Assembly: GCA_964016885.1 (NCBI GenBank)
Contig: OZ024758.1
Coordinates: 3,658,001 to 3,722,000 of the forward strand
Direction of reading: 5' to 3'
DNA length: 64,000 nt
From: Eledone cirrhosa
Lineage: Eukaryota
In this document: piece after piece, positions 1 through 13,799 of the stretch
Numbering within the stretch: the stretch's first letter is position 1
How the letters are laid out: every line of letters starts with the position of its first letter
Notes under the pieces: model-generated
Databases searched by the model: none
The model's input: the letters and a program-made list of their open reading frames with translations, nothing else
What the model was told of the DNA's origin: nothing
Position numbers and translations under genes: made by a program

Positions 1-830
1 TCTTTATTGAAAACGTGAATGTGTTCCAGCTTGATAATTTTTATTAAGGATGTTTCATATTATCTTATTAAAGCTTTGCCTGTAACACTAGCAAATCTAA
101 ACCCATGCTTTGAAGCCTTCCCGGCTCCATGTTCAGATTCAGAATGGTCTTCTACTGTGCTTAGCATTCTTATTAAGGCACCATATAGTTGGTACTAAAT
201 CATCCACGTCCGATTTAAACTTTCTCAATATTTAAAGCATGATAGTTATTAGAAAGGTTTTCATGTATGATATAACATATACATATGTTAATATTTGGCT
301 TGTATTCAGATATTCTTTGAGGTTCTATTGTCGTTCGGTTTCTTTTTTGTAGAAATATATATAATTAACGGGTTAAAATTTCAGCCTTTTCTTCTGTTTT
401 ACACGCCTAGTATTACAATACTTCTTTGTATATACAATATACAGCTTATTTGTTAGCTATTTCTAAATTTCAATTAATGAGGTTTCTCCTGTTTGCAACT
501 ATTTTTCACTGCATTCTCTATTTTAGTTTTCTTCTCTTTGATAACAGATCTTTTTTGTTTATGAATATTATTTTCTGTTTGAATTAGTTATATATTTGGT
601 AGTTCTACAGTGGATATTTGAAAACACGTTTCTAGTTGAATAAAAAAAATCTACATCTGTGTATTCAAGATAAGTATAACTATTCTGAAATATATTCTGC
701 GTGGTGGGTTCTGTTCTAGTTTTGACTTAATTGTTTTTTTACAGTCGAGGTGTTTGTTATTGATTTTAATACAACTGAGATATATTTTATATATATTGTC
801 TGCAAATTTGTTTCATATATTGTGTGTTTC

Positions 831-861
<31 letters not shown>

Positions 862-1259
862 TTCTATTTTGCATATAAGTAGATCTAAAAGAGCACTTGA
901 TGTGTTTTTTTTTAAAACCACAGCCAATGCTTCCAGTGTTTTTTTGCTGTACAATATGTGGCTATTGATATTCGGTAACGTTTAAAATATATGTAATTTT
1001 CAGAATTGCGTTTGTACAGTTGTTTCATTTTTTATAGATATTTTCTTTGTTCTATATGTAATCGTGGACCTACATACTTGTTTCCCTAATGCTTTAACAG
1101 TTTATGGATCCACATCGGAATCAATGATGATAAAAAGATGCGTTGATTCTGAGCAACACTATTATTAGCGGCTCTGAAGCATAAAACTCCTTTGGTTTGT
1201 ATTGAGAGCAACACTATCTAATACGAAGACAGTTAGTTTAAGAATTCTTATATATGTCA

Positions 1260-1375
1260 AGGTGCGTGGATTGGATTTGTGGTTAGAGAGTTGGATTCGC
1301 AATTGTGGCGTTGCGAATTCTATCTTGGACTGGGTGATGCGCTGTGCCCTTGAGCAAGACACTTTATTTTAGGTT
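1260..1375 (+). mobile_element. Decayed tRNA-derived SINE with CORE-type central domain
   Basis: Degenerate tRNA-like head followed by GTGCCCTTGAGCAAGACACTTTATTT, which resembles the CORE domain (cf. MIR GTGACCTTGGGCAAGTCACTT). The same segment matches the 64-bp satellite unit at 43029-46680. Confidence 0.55.
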
Positions 1376-2493
1376 ACACCTGGCAGAAGGAGCAACGTGA
1401 ATAAAGTGCCAGGGGTTGCCACCGGTAGATAGTATTAGGAATGGAAGGTCCACTAAAAACATTGTTTCCTTGGTCCGATTTGACAAGGTCCTCACTTCAC
1501 CTTCAGCAAGCGAATGAGGTCTGGAATCTTATTGATCGGTCAGGGTGAGCGAGGGCAGAATTCCGAAAGTTTCCTCAGTCTCTCTCTATAGGATTTAATA
1601 ATGAGCAATAATTTCAATTATTACTCAAATTCACTCAGCATACCAAATCTACATATATTCGTAGCTCCCACGTTTAATATTCTAATGACGCTAAACTCCG
1701 CCAGTTGCCGACTGAGAATAAATATGAGATATTTTTCTCCCCAAAGTTCTGTCACCAACAGCAGAGTTTAAAGAGCAAAGATCAAGTCCTGTCCATTTAA
1801 TATTAAATAAGCACAAATATAAAAACAGATCGATTAGGATTCGATCGGATGTTTACCAGTTAAATATTTTAATTGATTTCAATTGCAAAACAATTCTATA
1901 AATATAACTTAGGAAACTACTTGGTAAAAAGACAATGAACCACTCCTAAAAGCAATTTAATCTAGATACACAAAACTAAAATTTTCGACAAATGAATAAA
2001 AAAAGATTTCCTTTAAAAAATGCTACTTCATTATATTCTGCTTGACTACGTTTCAGCTGGAATCTATTTTGAATTCAATCCTTTAAAATGTTCTTATCTT
2101 TTATCTACTATTTTTTCTCTATCTTTCTATCCCAAACAACTTCTTCATTAAATAGTAATAGAATATATTTAAATCTCTGTATATCTACAGTTTTCTTTCT
2201 GAGAAATTTGCTAGTAATATTTTCTTTATATAACATTCCCTAAAACAATACACAGGCGTTTAAATCCCTTAAGGATACTTACTTGAATAACAAAATAAAA
2301 AAAAATATAGGGCACATATGGGTGCCAGAATCGATGTCAATTCATCACATTCCTACAGGATTTGAAAAAGATAATAACAAACGTATATAAAATTAAACAA
2401 AACTCTATCTGTGCAGTGTTTCTCTTTAGTAATACAATTCCTCACATATATTACTTGAATTAAAACAGATGTTGTACAAATGTTGTTTTATAA

Positions 2494-2531
<38 letters not shown>

Positions 2532-2662
2532 CTCGTACGTGGATACACGTACATACAGACGTACATATATTAAATGCCTATAAATATACACATTTGATTA
2601 ATTATTTTTATATATGTGTGTGAGGAGTGTATGATGTCTTTATCCACACACATACAGAAACA

Positions 2663-2777
<115 letters not shown>

Positions 2778-3444
2778 GAAATTGAATATCTCGTATATCA
2801 AGAGAATTATTTATTTGCCATCTTCTCAAAATGTGTTCATTTTATTAAATAGGACAATGTCGACGAAAAAATGTAAGAATTTCTTTTTTATTGAAATAGA
2901 TTATATAAGTTAACATAAATGACACAAGCTCATCTTTTAGATTCTTTGGAATTGTTATGCAGTAACTGGGATGAAACCTCATCGAAGACATAAACCATGT
3001 CCATACCGTACAAAATACTTATCAAAACCATTAACTGGGCTTCTTTATAGACGTTTGATCAGGTAAAATTTGCAATGGCATAATCCCCAAATCAGACCCA
3101 ACAATGTTTGATAATATATCGTCGATCATGTACGGTTTAATCATCTTTAGACGACGAGATAACCATAGGTCTTCCCACGTTGATCTGAGTTTGATCTAAA
3201 CAGCAACAAAGAGGTTCTATCATCATGTCTGTACAATACTGCTGAAATTAATACATTTAACATACGTATATGTAAACTTCACTGATTAAGGAGCTGTAGC
3301 AACCATTCCACTCAGTTTGTTGTTCTCGGTATGTCAGCCTTCGAATTGTAGCTGTTCACAAATAAATTTAAGATCATAATTACAATTCGTTTATCCAAAC
3401 GAAACTGATAAAAGGGATATCGTGACTACTTAAATATATGGTGT

Positions 3445-3534
3445 ATAACTCCTGATAGAATCGGTGTTTCTTGGGGATTTTTAAGCCTGGCCGTGCCCAT
3501 CACTCTCCAGGCCTGAGTACAGCATATTTCTTCC
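3445..3534 (+). mobile_element. Microsatellite-adjacent short dispersed repeat (family C), copy 1
   Basis: TTAAGCCTGG..CACTCTCCAGGCCTGAGTACAGCATATTTCTTCC is the reverse complement of the element starts at 36475 and 40147. It has an AGCCTGG/CCAGGC hairpin and is followed by an AG-rich tract. Confidence 0.7.
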
Positions 3535-3587
3535 AGAGAAACATAGAAAGTGAGCGTGACGAAGTGAGAAAGAGATATAGAGGAAGA

Positions 3588-3671
3588 ATCGTCCCCAGTA
3601 CTAGACTGGTACTTTTTTTATCGACCTCGAAAGAATGAAAGGCAAAATTAACCTCAGCAGGATTTTAATTC
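3588..3671 (-). mobile_element. tRNA-SINE family A, decayed fragment
   Basis: CTGGTACTTTTTTTATCGACC..GAAAGGCAAAATTAACCTCAGCAGGATTT matches the family body. Confidence 0.75.
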
Positions 3672-4451
3672 CGCCTAACTACTTAAGTACGTTCTCCTCA
3701 TCTATCAATACATCTAATATGGTACCATATTATAAAGTCATTTGTCACCGGACTATAAGACGACACCATATTTTCTTTTTAATTCCCTGGGGATCTAGAA
3801 AGAGAAAAGGAGGAGAGAGATTGAGTAGCCCAGTATCAATGCCAACAACAGTTATAGCAGGGCCCCAATATCAGCTGTTTCCCGAACATATACTGTTTCA
3901 CCACCAGCTGTAGCTCTGATTATGGTAAAAGATAATGTCTCATCATCTGTAATCCAATGATGAGAAAACCCACAACTAGAAGACCAAGTTCCATCAACCC
4001 AGTGTTACCACCCTATTGTTCTTCGACGATATAAAATATATGGAGGACCAACAGGAGTTACAACCTGTCGGAAATTGAAAGAAAATATATGGAAGATCGA
4101 CAGAAGTTACTAACTGTCGGGAATTGAAAGAACATATGAAAGGAAATAACAGAAACACTTTGGTCATAAACCAAAGTTCTTTAAGACGGTGAAATGTAAG
4201 ACTACCCAAAGAAGGTTATTCAACACAGAAGAAAAAATAAAAGTTGTTTGAAACAATGATCCAAACTAACTTACACAGAGCTGCACTCCTTTGTAGAATG
4301 AAGTCATGCACTAAAACCTAGACTTCTAAAATGAGAGTAATAGATGGAACTCCGTGTAGTAATTTGGGGGTGTTAAAGTATATTGTTAACCCTAATTTAG
4401 AGTGTGCTGACTTTGCTTGATATTAAGACAAATTGCGAAATGTTACCGTAA

Positions 4452-4798
4452 CCCTTTAGCATTTAAACTGACCATATCCGGCCAGAATTCTCTCAACTCT
4501 TTCTGTTCAAATCGGCCTAAGTGACCGCACAAACTGATGATGAGGTATTGTTCTCAACATAAATAATATCAAAATCTCATAGATTCGATATTATGTAAGA
4601 TAATTATGTAAGATAATGAGTTCAAATCCCGCCGAGGTTAACTTTGCCTTTCATCCTTACGGTGTCGATAAAATAAAGTACCAGTAACGCACTGGGATAA
4701 TTGCTGACCTTGTGCCAAAAGTAGAAACAATTATGTGAGAGAAAAACTTTATCTTAAACATTCAATAGTAAATATAGAGTAATGTAAATGTTAAAGGG
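4452..4798. mobile_element. piggyBac-type MITE containing a nested SINE
   Basis: TIRs CCCTTTAGCATTTA ... TAAATGTTAAAGGG, flanked by GTAA (mutated) and TTAA. CCC ends with a TTAA TSD are piggyBac hallmarks. Confidence 0.7.
4617..4734 (+). mobile_element. tRNA-SINE family A (short subfamily), 5'-truncated
   Basis: Begins at the B box GAGTTCAAATCC and ends GTAGAAACAATT. Flanked by an imperfect direct repeat AATTATGTAAGATAA / AATTATGTGAGAGAA. Confidence 0.9.
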
Positions 4799-6675
4799 TT
4801 AATGTCCACTCCTTAAAATACAGAATTTCTTTGATGTATATTTAACATTTTTCACATAGATACTTTAATATCTGACGTTACATTTGACTGTTAGATTTGT
4901 ATATCAATGTTAAATTTGTTTACAGATATTGCAGAATTGAAAAAGTGTCTAACTCCCAATATTATCAAATATACAGTGGTCTTTTGTTGAGCTTCAACTT
5001 TTATTCTCACAATATATCATATAACACCATGAGGCAAGGAAGAAAATAGTTGGGCATGTCAATTTATTCTTATACTTCCGGCGATATATAAGAAACGTGA
5101 ATCTAAATGCGTCTATTATGAATCATTCTACAAACCAGAAATATGTTATGATGCGTTATATGTGCCTCAAATAAGACTAAATAATAACAGATATATTTCT
5201 TAGATCAAAATGTAGGATTACATAATTATTGAGCATAGAAGCAAGTTCTTCCCCCGGAAGGACTCTAACAACTACAGTTATCTACATACACTCTAAAAAT
5301 CAATATTAATCAATAAGTGATTAAAGTTTCCAAGAAGATGTCGGAAACGGAAAGGCAAATATTAATTATATGTGAAATTTAAAATCTTTAAGATATTTTC
5401 CATCTTGTCTTCAGGCATAAAAGAAGGACACACATATATTGTATGTGAGTAAATACTATTGCCAAGGAGACATCCGATATAATATTGCAGTGGCTTGCTG
5501 CTACGCCCCTTAACAGCAATGTGATGCTACTTTACATGTTGTTTAATAAATACTATTACAACCTTTCTATATATAAATTTCTATACGATTCTCAAACCTA
5601 ACAAGTTTTATTCGATATTATACACCATGCTGTATTTCTAGCTTGTGGTAACAGCAACACATTTTAAACGAGAAAATATTATCCTTTCAGATTGAATGGC
5701 TTTCTAAGAAAATGATTAAAACAATTCATTTTTAGTTTTAAGGAGCTTGATGTATTATTATAAAGGTTTGAGTGAATTCTATCGACTACAATAACTACAC
5801 GAAGGCACAGATGTTTTTCACTACGATAGAGATACTTTTATGAAGCTATATTACACTTTTAAGTGTTTTTTGCTTGAATTGCTTCTTTTCATAATTTCTT
5901 TTATTTGGTCTTTAAGAATGGCTAATACGTTACTCTCTTAATTCATAATATTGCTCAAATTAATAGCAGATGTGTAATAGTGCAGAAGAAGAGGAAAAAG
6001 AAAACCACTGAAGATGAAAAAAATAATTACAATTTCATTATGTGAAAAAAAATACTCTTATTATAGAAATTAATATTTCTATTGTCGTTCTAGTAGTTGT
6101 TCTTTCTGAGGTTTTAGAATGACGACTTTGAAATAATTGCCTTTTCTTCTCTCTGTTCTTTTTGTAGCTTCAATATTTTAAACCATATATTTTCTTTTCT
6201 AATTCGTTTTTGTAATTTAACATTTCAAACTATATATTATCAATTTAGTTTTATATTCCTCTATTAATAGTTAGGTTTCTCAAATAATTATCTTATACTT
6301 CTCCTTTCTCTTTTGGTTTTATAACATTAATAATAATTGTTTCAGGTCTAGAAATATTATGAGTTAAATAAGTGTAATATATAACAGTAGTCGTTAACAT
6401 GCTATTCATATAAGATCTTAACCATAATATACTATATTATAATAGTTAATTGTAGGTAAAATTATGGGTAAAATTGTGGTTAATAGGTGGGTAATTAGCA
6501 TGCTGGGATAAATAGCTACGTGGGATTCTAAAGATGATATGTCCCTAATGCAGGTAAGACAGTTATACTTTAAGTAAAGAACGAATTAAGATAGATAGGT
6601 ATATAGATAAATAAACACACACGCACACGCACGCACGCACGCACGCACACGCACACACATATATATATATCTTAT

Positions 6676-6713
<38 letters not shown>

Positions 6714-6763
6714 GAGAGAGGGTGAGAGATAGAGATAAAGATATTGAGATTATATATTTTCAA

Positions 6764-7010
6764 TTGTGGTAGTGGTGGTGTGTGTTGGTGTTGGGGGTCG
6801 CGGTGGTGGTGTTGTTACTGATGTTGGTTGTAGTTGTTGTCGTGGTGCTGCTGCTAGAGAGGCTGCTGCTGGCTTTGGTGATGGTGGCGGGGATGGCAGT
6901 GATGGTGGTCATAGCGGTGCTGCTGTAGGCTCTAGTGATGGCGGTGGAGATTGCAGCGGTGGTCGTCATGGTGGTGTTGGTCTTGTGGATGATGATGATC
7001 GTTTCTGATG
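6764..7010. repeat. Degenerate (GGT/GTT/GAT)n low-complexity tract
   Basis: Trinucleotide GGT/GTT periodicity, with stop-free ORFs on both strands. Confidence 0.8.
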
Positions 7011-7570
7011 ACGATTCTAAGGTGACAGTGGCTTCCATTACATTATGAGTCTACTGATGTTCACTTAGCATCCAAATACGAATTCCGGATGCGGCATCCG
7101 CATGAAATAAACGAGGAAGCCTCCAGGTGTGTCTGGTAAGTTGTGCTGTTTAGGTTCAGCGTTGATAGTGCTGCTGGCATGAACACTCAGACTTAGTGAT
7201 AGTTCATTTGATACTGGTCGTTTTATGGGTGGCTGTGGTGGTTGTAGTGTTTGCTTTGCAGTTGATAAAGTAGCTTAGGTTGATGCTGACAAGAGAGTGA
7301 GGGCTGGTGGTGGTGGTGGTGATTGTTGTTATGCTGGTGGAGGTGGTAGGTCAGTTTTTATTGTTATTGGTGGTAATACTTGAGACAGTTGGGGAGCTTG
7401 TGGTGAAGATGTTAATGAGAAGATGAGTAAATTAGCAGGTGTTTCACAGTAGAAATATTGTTGTTGCTAATGTTCTTGTTTAATACTAATAAGCACTCAA
7501 GACAAAAGACCTACCGAGCAAAATATTCCAGCTAAGGACATAACACTGTTTTCTTTAATCCTGCGGAATA

Positions 7571-7743
7571 CAGCATAGAGTTACAGCCCTTTATGATCTG
7601 AGTTCAAATCCCGCCGAATTTAACTTTGCCTTTCATCCTTACGGGGTCGATAAAATAAAGTACCAGTCACGAATTGGGGTCGATTTAATTTAATTTCCCC
7701 TCCCCTGAACTTGCTGACCTTGTGCCTATATAAGAAGTCATTA
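7571..7743 (+). mobile_element. tRNA-SINE family A (long subfamily), 5'-truncated
   Basis: B box, then GCCTTTCATCCTTACGGGGTCGATAAAATAAAGTACCAG, the long-type insert GGGGTCGATTTAA..CCCCTCCCC, and a tail running into (TAG)n. Confidence 0.9.
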
Positions 7744-7744
7744 C

Positions 7745-8340
7745 TATTAGTAGTAGTAGCACTAGTAGTAGTAGTAGTAGTTGTAGTAGTAGTAAAAATA
7801 TTAGCAGTATTAGCAGTAGTACTATCAGTAGCAGCAACAGTAGTAGTAGTAGTAGTAGGAGCAGTAGTAGTAGTTGTAATAGTAGTAGCTGGTGTTGCTG
7901 TGGTAGGCGGCGGCGCAGGAGGAGGAGGAAGACACTGAATGAAGTACAGTCGTTGTGTTATTGGTGGTGACTGTGTTGGCTGCTGTTTGTAGTAATGGTA
8001 GCTATGGTAGCGTTGGCAGCCATGGTTGAGGTTCTGGTGGTGGTATGGTGGAGTGTTAGTGGTGGGCTAGAGGTGTGTTGGTGGTGCTATGCTGGAGTGT
8101 TGGTGGTGTGTTGGAGGTGTGGTGTTGGTGGTGTGTTGTTGGTGGTGTGTTGGTGGTGTGGTGTGTTGGTGGTGTGCTGGTGTGGTGTGTTGGTGGTGGT
8201 GTGTTGGTGGTGTGCTTGAGGTGTGGTGGGCTGGGAATGTGTGTTGGTGGTGTGTTGGTGGTGTGCTGGTTGTGGTGTGTTGGTGGTGTGCTGGAGGTGT
8301 GCTGGTGCTGTATTAGTGGTGTGCTGGAGGTGGCCTGGTG
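7745..8340. repeat. (TAG)n followed by (GTGTTGGTG)-like GT-rich repeat
   Basis: Direct inspection. Confidence 0.85.
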
Positions 8341-8767
8341 GTTCGCTAGAGACGTAACCAGGATTTAGTTAAATGAATGACAGAAAAAGGAGGCAGGTGA
8401 ATAACAAAAGGGCAGCGGGGACAGGAAAGAAAACTATTATAGGAATACATGTTGAAGGGATATAGGGGTGAGGGGAGGGAGATATGATAGAGAGGCGTGT
8501 GGGGGAGGGGTAATGGATCAGAGAGCATGGAGAGTGGTGGGAAGGGAAGAGTGTTTATATTGTTTAAACTCAGATCAACTTGTATTCAACAATAGCTGAC
8601 TTTATCTTTTGTATATTTAAGACTATATTGTCTAATGTGTGTTTTTTAAAGACAGTTTGGTATAATTCGAAAATCTGGGTGCTATGTCTAGCATGGTCTA
8701 GTTAGGAAACTGGACTAAAAAATGAGGGGAAGAGAACATTTCGTTGACAATAGACAGAAAATGGAAT

Positions 8768-8827
<60 letters not shown>

Positions 8828-8877
8828 ATATATATATATGTGTGTGTGTGTGTGTATATGTATGTATGTATGTATGA

Positions 8878-8932
<55 letters not shown>

Positions 8933-8933
8933 A

Positions 8934-8974
<41 letters not shown>

Positions 8975-9441
8975 GAAAATAATGAATATGAGTAAAAAAG
9001 GAAAAAGGGACTAAGGTAGATAGAAGACATTGTAATAGAACGTGGAAAGTTAGAGAGGAGAATGTTCTGTGGAAAGGCAGAGAAACGAGGAGTCGAGAAA
9101 CCAATGAGGAAAAAGGGTAAAGAAACATGTGAGGAAAGTTTGATATGAGAGAGAAATGGTGGAGTTTAGAAGAAAATTCAGGAAAAGGAGAGGAAGCAGA
9201 AAATATGGCTGGCTGCTTTTTAAAATGGTTGTATGTAGTGAAGGCTACGGAAATCTATCAATGGCGCTGCTTCTGGTGTCGTTGCTTAAGTCGGTTGGAG
9301 GTGATGACGTGATCGAAGTTTCCAATTGTGCTACATTGAGGCTTTTACTGTTGTTTTTCAGCCCAGGGCAGACCTGATGAAGCAGAGCTTAGATAATATA
9401 GACCTTAGATAAATACATTTCAATTGTGTGGATCTCATCAA

Positions 9442-9543
<102 letters not shown>

Positions 9544-9637
9544 GCTTTTGTTTTCTTTTGTTTCCTTTTTATTATCCAATATGTCCTTTCTTTTGAGATG
9601 ACCAAGATTGGCTCATTGATTGGTCTTGGATTTTACT

Positions 9638-10290
9638 GGTGTGGTTGTTGGTGGTGATGAAGATGGTGGTGTTGATGATGGAAGTGGTTGTGTCGTTGTT
9701 GTTGTTGTTGGTGGTGGTTGTGGTGGTGTTGATAGAGGTGGAGTTAGTTGTGTTGGTGGTGGTTCTGTTCTTGTTGGAGGTGGTGATGGTGGTGTTGATG
9801 GATGTAGTGATGGCGGTGCTGATGGTGGTGGTGGTGGTGGTGGTGATGGTGGTGTTGGTGGATGTAGTTGTTTTGTAGTGATGGCGGTGCTGATGGGGGT
9901 GGTGTTGTTGTTGTTGATAGTGGTGTTAGTTGTGCTGTGGTGGTGTTAGTTGTGTTGGTAGTAGTGGTGTCGTTATTGCTGTTGTTTGTGATGGTAGTTG
10001 TGTTGGTGGTGGTTGTGTTGTTGTTGGTGGTGGTGCTGTTGCTGTTGCTGTTTTTATTGGTGGTGGAGATGTTGCTAATGGTGGCTGTGTTGTTGTTGGT
10101 GGTGTTAATGATGGTGGTGGTGATGGAGTTGTTGCTTTTGTTGGTGGTGGTGCTGGTGTAGCTGTTGTTGTTATTGATGGTGGCGGTGTTACTGGGGGTG
10201 GTTGTGTTGTCGTTGGTGATGGAATGATAGTCATATTGGTATGGTGGTGCTGGTGTTTGCATGTAGTAAGCAGTGTTGGTGATGTTGTAG
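9638..10290. repeat. Degenerate (GGT/GTT)n low-complexity tract
   Basis: Open frames on both strands encode poly-V/G or poly-T/N, typical of trinucleotide expansion. Confidence 0.85.
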
Positions 10291-10532
10291 AAAGATGGCT
10301 GCGATGTAACTTTTGTCAGTTTTTTTACGTCGATGTTTTTTCCCTCTATCAGACATAATCGATCCAGTCTTTGTAATGGAGACCATTCTATTTTTAATAC
10401 AGACAGAATTTATTTAAGACTACGTGTCTTTTCTTGTATGTGCAAAATACTTAAGTCCTCGTACAGGAACCGGTTTACCAAAGTCCAGAACAGCCCCAAG
10501 TTGCGTAGCCTCCGGGTAAATATAGCGGAGTA

Positions 10533-10895
10533 AATAATTGTTTCTATTTTTGGCACAAGGCCAGCAATTACCCCAGTGTATTACTGGTACTTCATTTTAT
10601 CGACCCCGTAAGGATGAAAGGCAAAGTTAACCTCGGCGGGATTTGAACTCAGATCATAAAGGGCTGTAACTCTTTGCTACAAAACATTGCGTCAGACCCT
10701 CTACCGATACTGCCAATTCACAAATAATGGTTTCTTATATAGACACAAGGCCAGCAATGTTGAGGGAGAGGAAAGTCGATTAAATTGACCCCAGTGAGTG
10801 ACTGGTACTTTATTTTATTGACCCCGGAAGGATGAAAGAAAAAGTTAACCTCGGCGGGATTTGAACTCACATCATAAAGTGACGTAACTCTCTGC
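10533..10895 (-). mobile_element. Tandem pair of family A SINEs (short 10533-10721; long, 5'-truncated 10723-10895)
   Basis: Reverse-complement A box (CCGATACTGCCA), B box (GGATTTGAACTC), body, and both diagnostic tails. Confidence 0.9.
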
Positions 10896-11002
10896 AGGAT
10901 GGAATATATACCGGGACATTTAATCCGACACCTTAACGACTTGTTCTTGAGATAGCTCCATGTTATCACTTTATGTAGCGACCTGGAAATGTTCAGAGCT
11001 GG

Positions 11003-11370
11003 AGCGTCGGACGCCATACTTTCCAGCATAGAGTTATGTTCCTTTACGGTCTGAGTTCAAATCTCGCCGAGGTTAAATTTGCCTTTCATCCTTACGGGGT
11101 CGATAAAATGAAGTACCAGTAATACACTGGTTTAATTGCTGGCCTTTTGCCAAAAGTAGAAACAATTATTATTAGTAGCACAGTGGATTGGTAGTATTGG
11201 TAGAGGGTCGAACACTATGCTTTGCAGCACAGAGTTACGGCCCTTTATCCTCTGAGTTCAAATCTCGTCGAGGTTAACTTTGCCTTTCATCTTTACGAGG
11301 TCAATAAAATAAAGTACCAGTAATGCACTGGGGTAATTGCTGGCCTTGTACCAAAAATAGAAACAATTAT
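11003..11370 (+). mobile_element. Tandem pair of family A SINEs (short subfamily; 11003-11173 and 11183-11370)
   Basis: Two B boxes, two bodies and two (G/A)TAGAAACAATT tails. The second copy starts after the (ATT)n tail of the first. Confidence 0.9.
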
Positions 11371-11649
11371 ATGACGTATGTTTCAAAATGTTAGCAAGTA
11401 GTGGTACTAAATCTAGCAGTGTGGTTTAGTGGTGATGGTGATAGCTCTGTGGTGTGGTTGTAACTATGGTAACAAGTGTATGTAGATGTAAGGATGTAAT
11501 GATAGTAATGGTAGCAATTTTGTGTGGTGCTGTTCAACGATAATAAAACTAAGGACTATAGAGAAGTTGACATTTTGAAAGATAATGGTGTTATTAGCTT
11601 TTGGCCCTGTTCGGATTTGGAGCGACCTACTAAAGTTTGGAAAGAGACA

Positions 11650-12566
11650 CAGTACATACACTGAAAATCATATATACATACATACATAAATTTGTGCATA
11701 TATCCATACGTACATATGTAATTATATACATACATACGTATATACATACTTATATATACATATGTGTATATATGAATATATACATACATACGTATATCTA
11801 TACATATATACATATCTCTCTCTCTCTCTCTCTCTATAAATATATATATGCATACATACATGTATACTTTCATGCATATATACTTATATACATACTTAAG
11901 TACAAATATTCATACATATAATCATTTATACATACAGAAATACGTCCATAGATACATGCATATATGCATACATACATATACACACACATGCCTACATACT
12001 TAGGGATATACATGTATATATATATATATATACATACATACGAATACATACATACATATATGTATACGTATACGTGCATACCTATATACGTTCATACATG
12101 TATACATATAGACATACATAAATGCATGCATACATATATACATACATACAGACACACATACGTATGTACGTACATACGTACGAACATACATGTATACATA
12201 CATTCATACATACACACCTATATACATATATTCATACATAGAGACGTTACAAACGGATATATATATATGTGTGGGTGTATTCGTGGAGTGTGTGAAGGCC
12301 ATTATGACATGTATGTATGTTGGTGTGGCGTGTGTATATGTTGGTGTGTGCCAGTTTGTTGATGCACAAGATAGATATGTGTATATATGTATATTTGTAT
12401 AGTAAGCCATCCTGCATATTTACGATTAAATGTTTGTGATCTCACTTCGTTTATTTGTATGTTTGACTTTCTAAGTGTTTTTTAACACTCAATATCTCTC
12501 ACTTCCATAAATAGGTTCCGTGTTGTATTTACATAACTTGTACAACAACATATATACTAATACACG

Positions 12567-12662
<96 letters not shown>

Positions 12663-12730
12663 TGTATATACATATGTATATATATATATACATATCTATA
12701 TCTATCTTTCTATATCCATATATATGTATG
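11650..12730. repeat. Compound TA/CA low-complexity region including perfect (CA)n at ~12569-12657
   Basis: Direct inspection. Confidence 0.85.
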
Positions 12731-12894
12731 CAGACACTTAGCTTGAATTCTTTCTGCCTTTGTTACTCTAAATATAGCTTTTAAAGAATTCCCTTTTCTT
12801 TAAATCCATCAAACAATCACCTCCACCCATCCCAATCACCACCCTCTCCTAACACCAGAAAATATATAAATACCACCATATTACTTGGACAGTC

Positions 12895-12959
12895 GGCTTC
12901 CTAGTAATTTCTCCCGAATGAAACGGTTCTAGTCTTGTAGAAGCCCTTTCTATATTAAA
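12895..12959 (+). mobile_element. Single arm of the fold-back element seen at 50426-50618
   Basis: GGCTTCCTAGTAATTTCTCCCGAATGAAACGGTTCTAGTCTTGTAGAAGCCCTTTCTATATTAAA aligns with 50492-50554 and ends in (TA)n. Confidence 0.7.
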
Positions 12960-13104
12960 CATATATATATATATACAGAGAGTGAGAGAGGGAATGTAAT
13001 GTATAAAGTAAAAATAGGTTTCTGTATTCACACACACACAGACAGACATATCTCTCAAAAGAAGCTTTTCTATATTAAATCTATATATATACATATATAT
13101 ATAT

Positions 13105-13345
13105 TTATCTATGGAGTGTAACTTGGGGTTACTGCAGGATCACCCGGGTGAGCACTCGATGTTTAGGTTCACTTCTGTGTTGAGGTGTAGAGCTATACAG
13201 AGTGTAATATATTGAAAGGATAAAAAGGACGATTGGTTTCTCCTTCGTTACATTTATTGGTAGGTGACGCGCGTTTCGCCACTGATCAGCTCAAGGTTCG
13301 ATCTGTATCGATCTTACCCGACTCAATAATCGGCATCTCGGTTTC
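13105..13345 (-). mobile_element. Penelope-like pLTR/tail remnant with 3' half of a hammerhead motif
   Basis: Minus strand reads GATGCC..long stem II..GGC GAAAC GCGC GTC, then AATAAA, then ATATTAC..GCTCTAC..ATCGAGTGCT, then (TA)n. The 5' CUGANGA core is damaged and stem I does not pair. Confidence 0.5.
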
Positions 13346-13799
13346 GAGAACAGCCATCCGTGGCAATTTTGCACATACATGGGTGCATGAAACTTATTCT
13401 TATCCCTATGGAAGATTTAGATTAGTTTTCTGCAAAAGGCCATGCTCAGACATCACAGGAAGTAGTTTAGATTAAGTGTAGCCTTGCATTGGAACAATCC
13501 CCCACATTGATTATCTGTGGCAGGTATCCTTCAACATTTGCAAAACATTCTTGCGATTCAAGGGATGACAATTTCTTTTCTTTTACAACCTTGCCACCAG
13601 GAAGGTGGCCGGTCAAAAAAAATATACTCGAAATTAAGAGAAAGAGATAACATACATACATAAATGGTGTTATATGAAAGGATTATCTCTTTGATATGGC
13701 GTTGAACGAAAAAGTCAAGTTTTGACTTTTCATAATTTTTACATCTTACTTTTTTTACATTTCTTTTTTCTTCCTCCTTCAGTTGAGTTCTAGACTGTT

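Noticed and set aside
3720-4250. Pogo/Tigger-like TIR (GGACTATAAGACG) and a possible coding remnant
   Set aside because: No partner TIR was found and there is no recognisable protein motif.
9620-10358. Gly/Val-rich or Thr/Asn-rich ORFs (also 6760-7038, 7995-8368, 32052-32633)
   Set aside because: Stop-free frames on both strands arise from GGT/GTT repeats.
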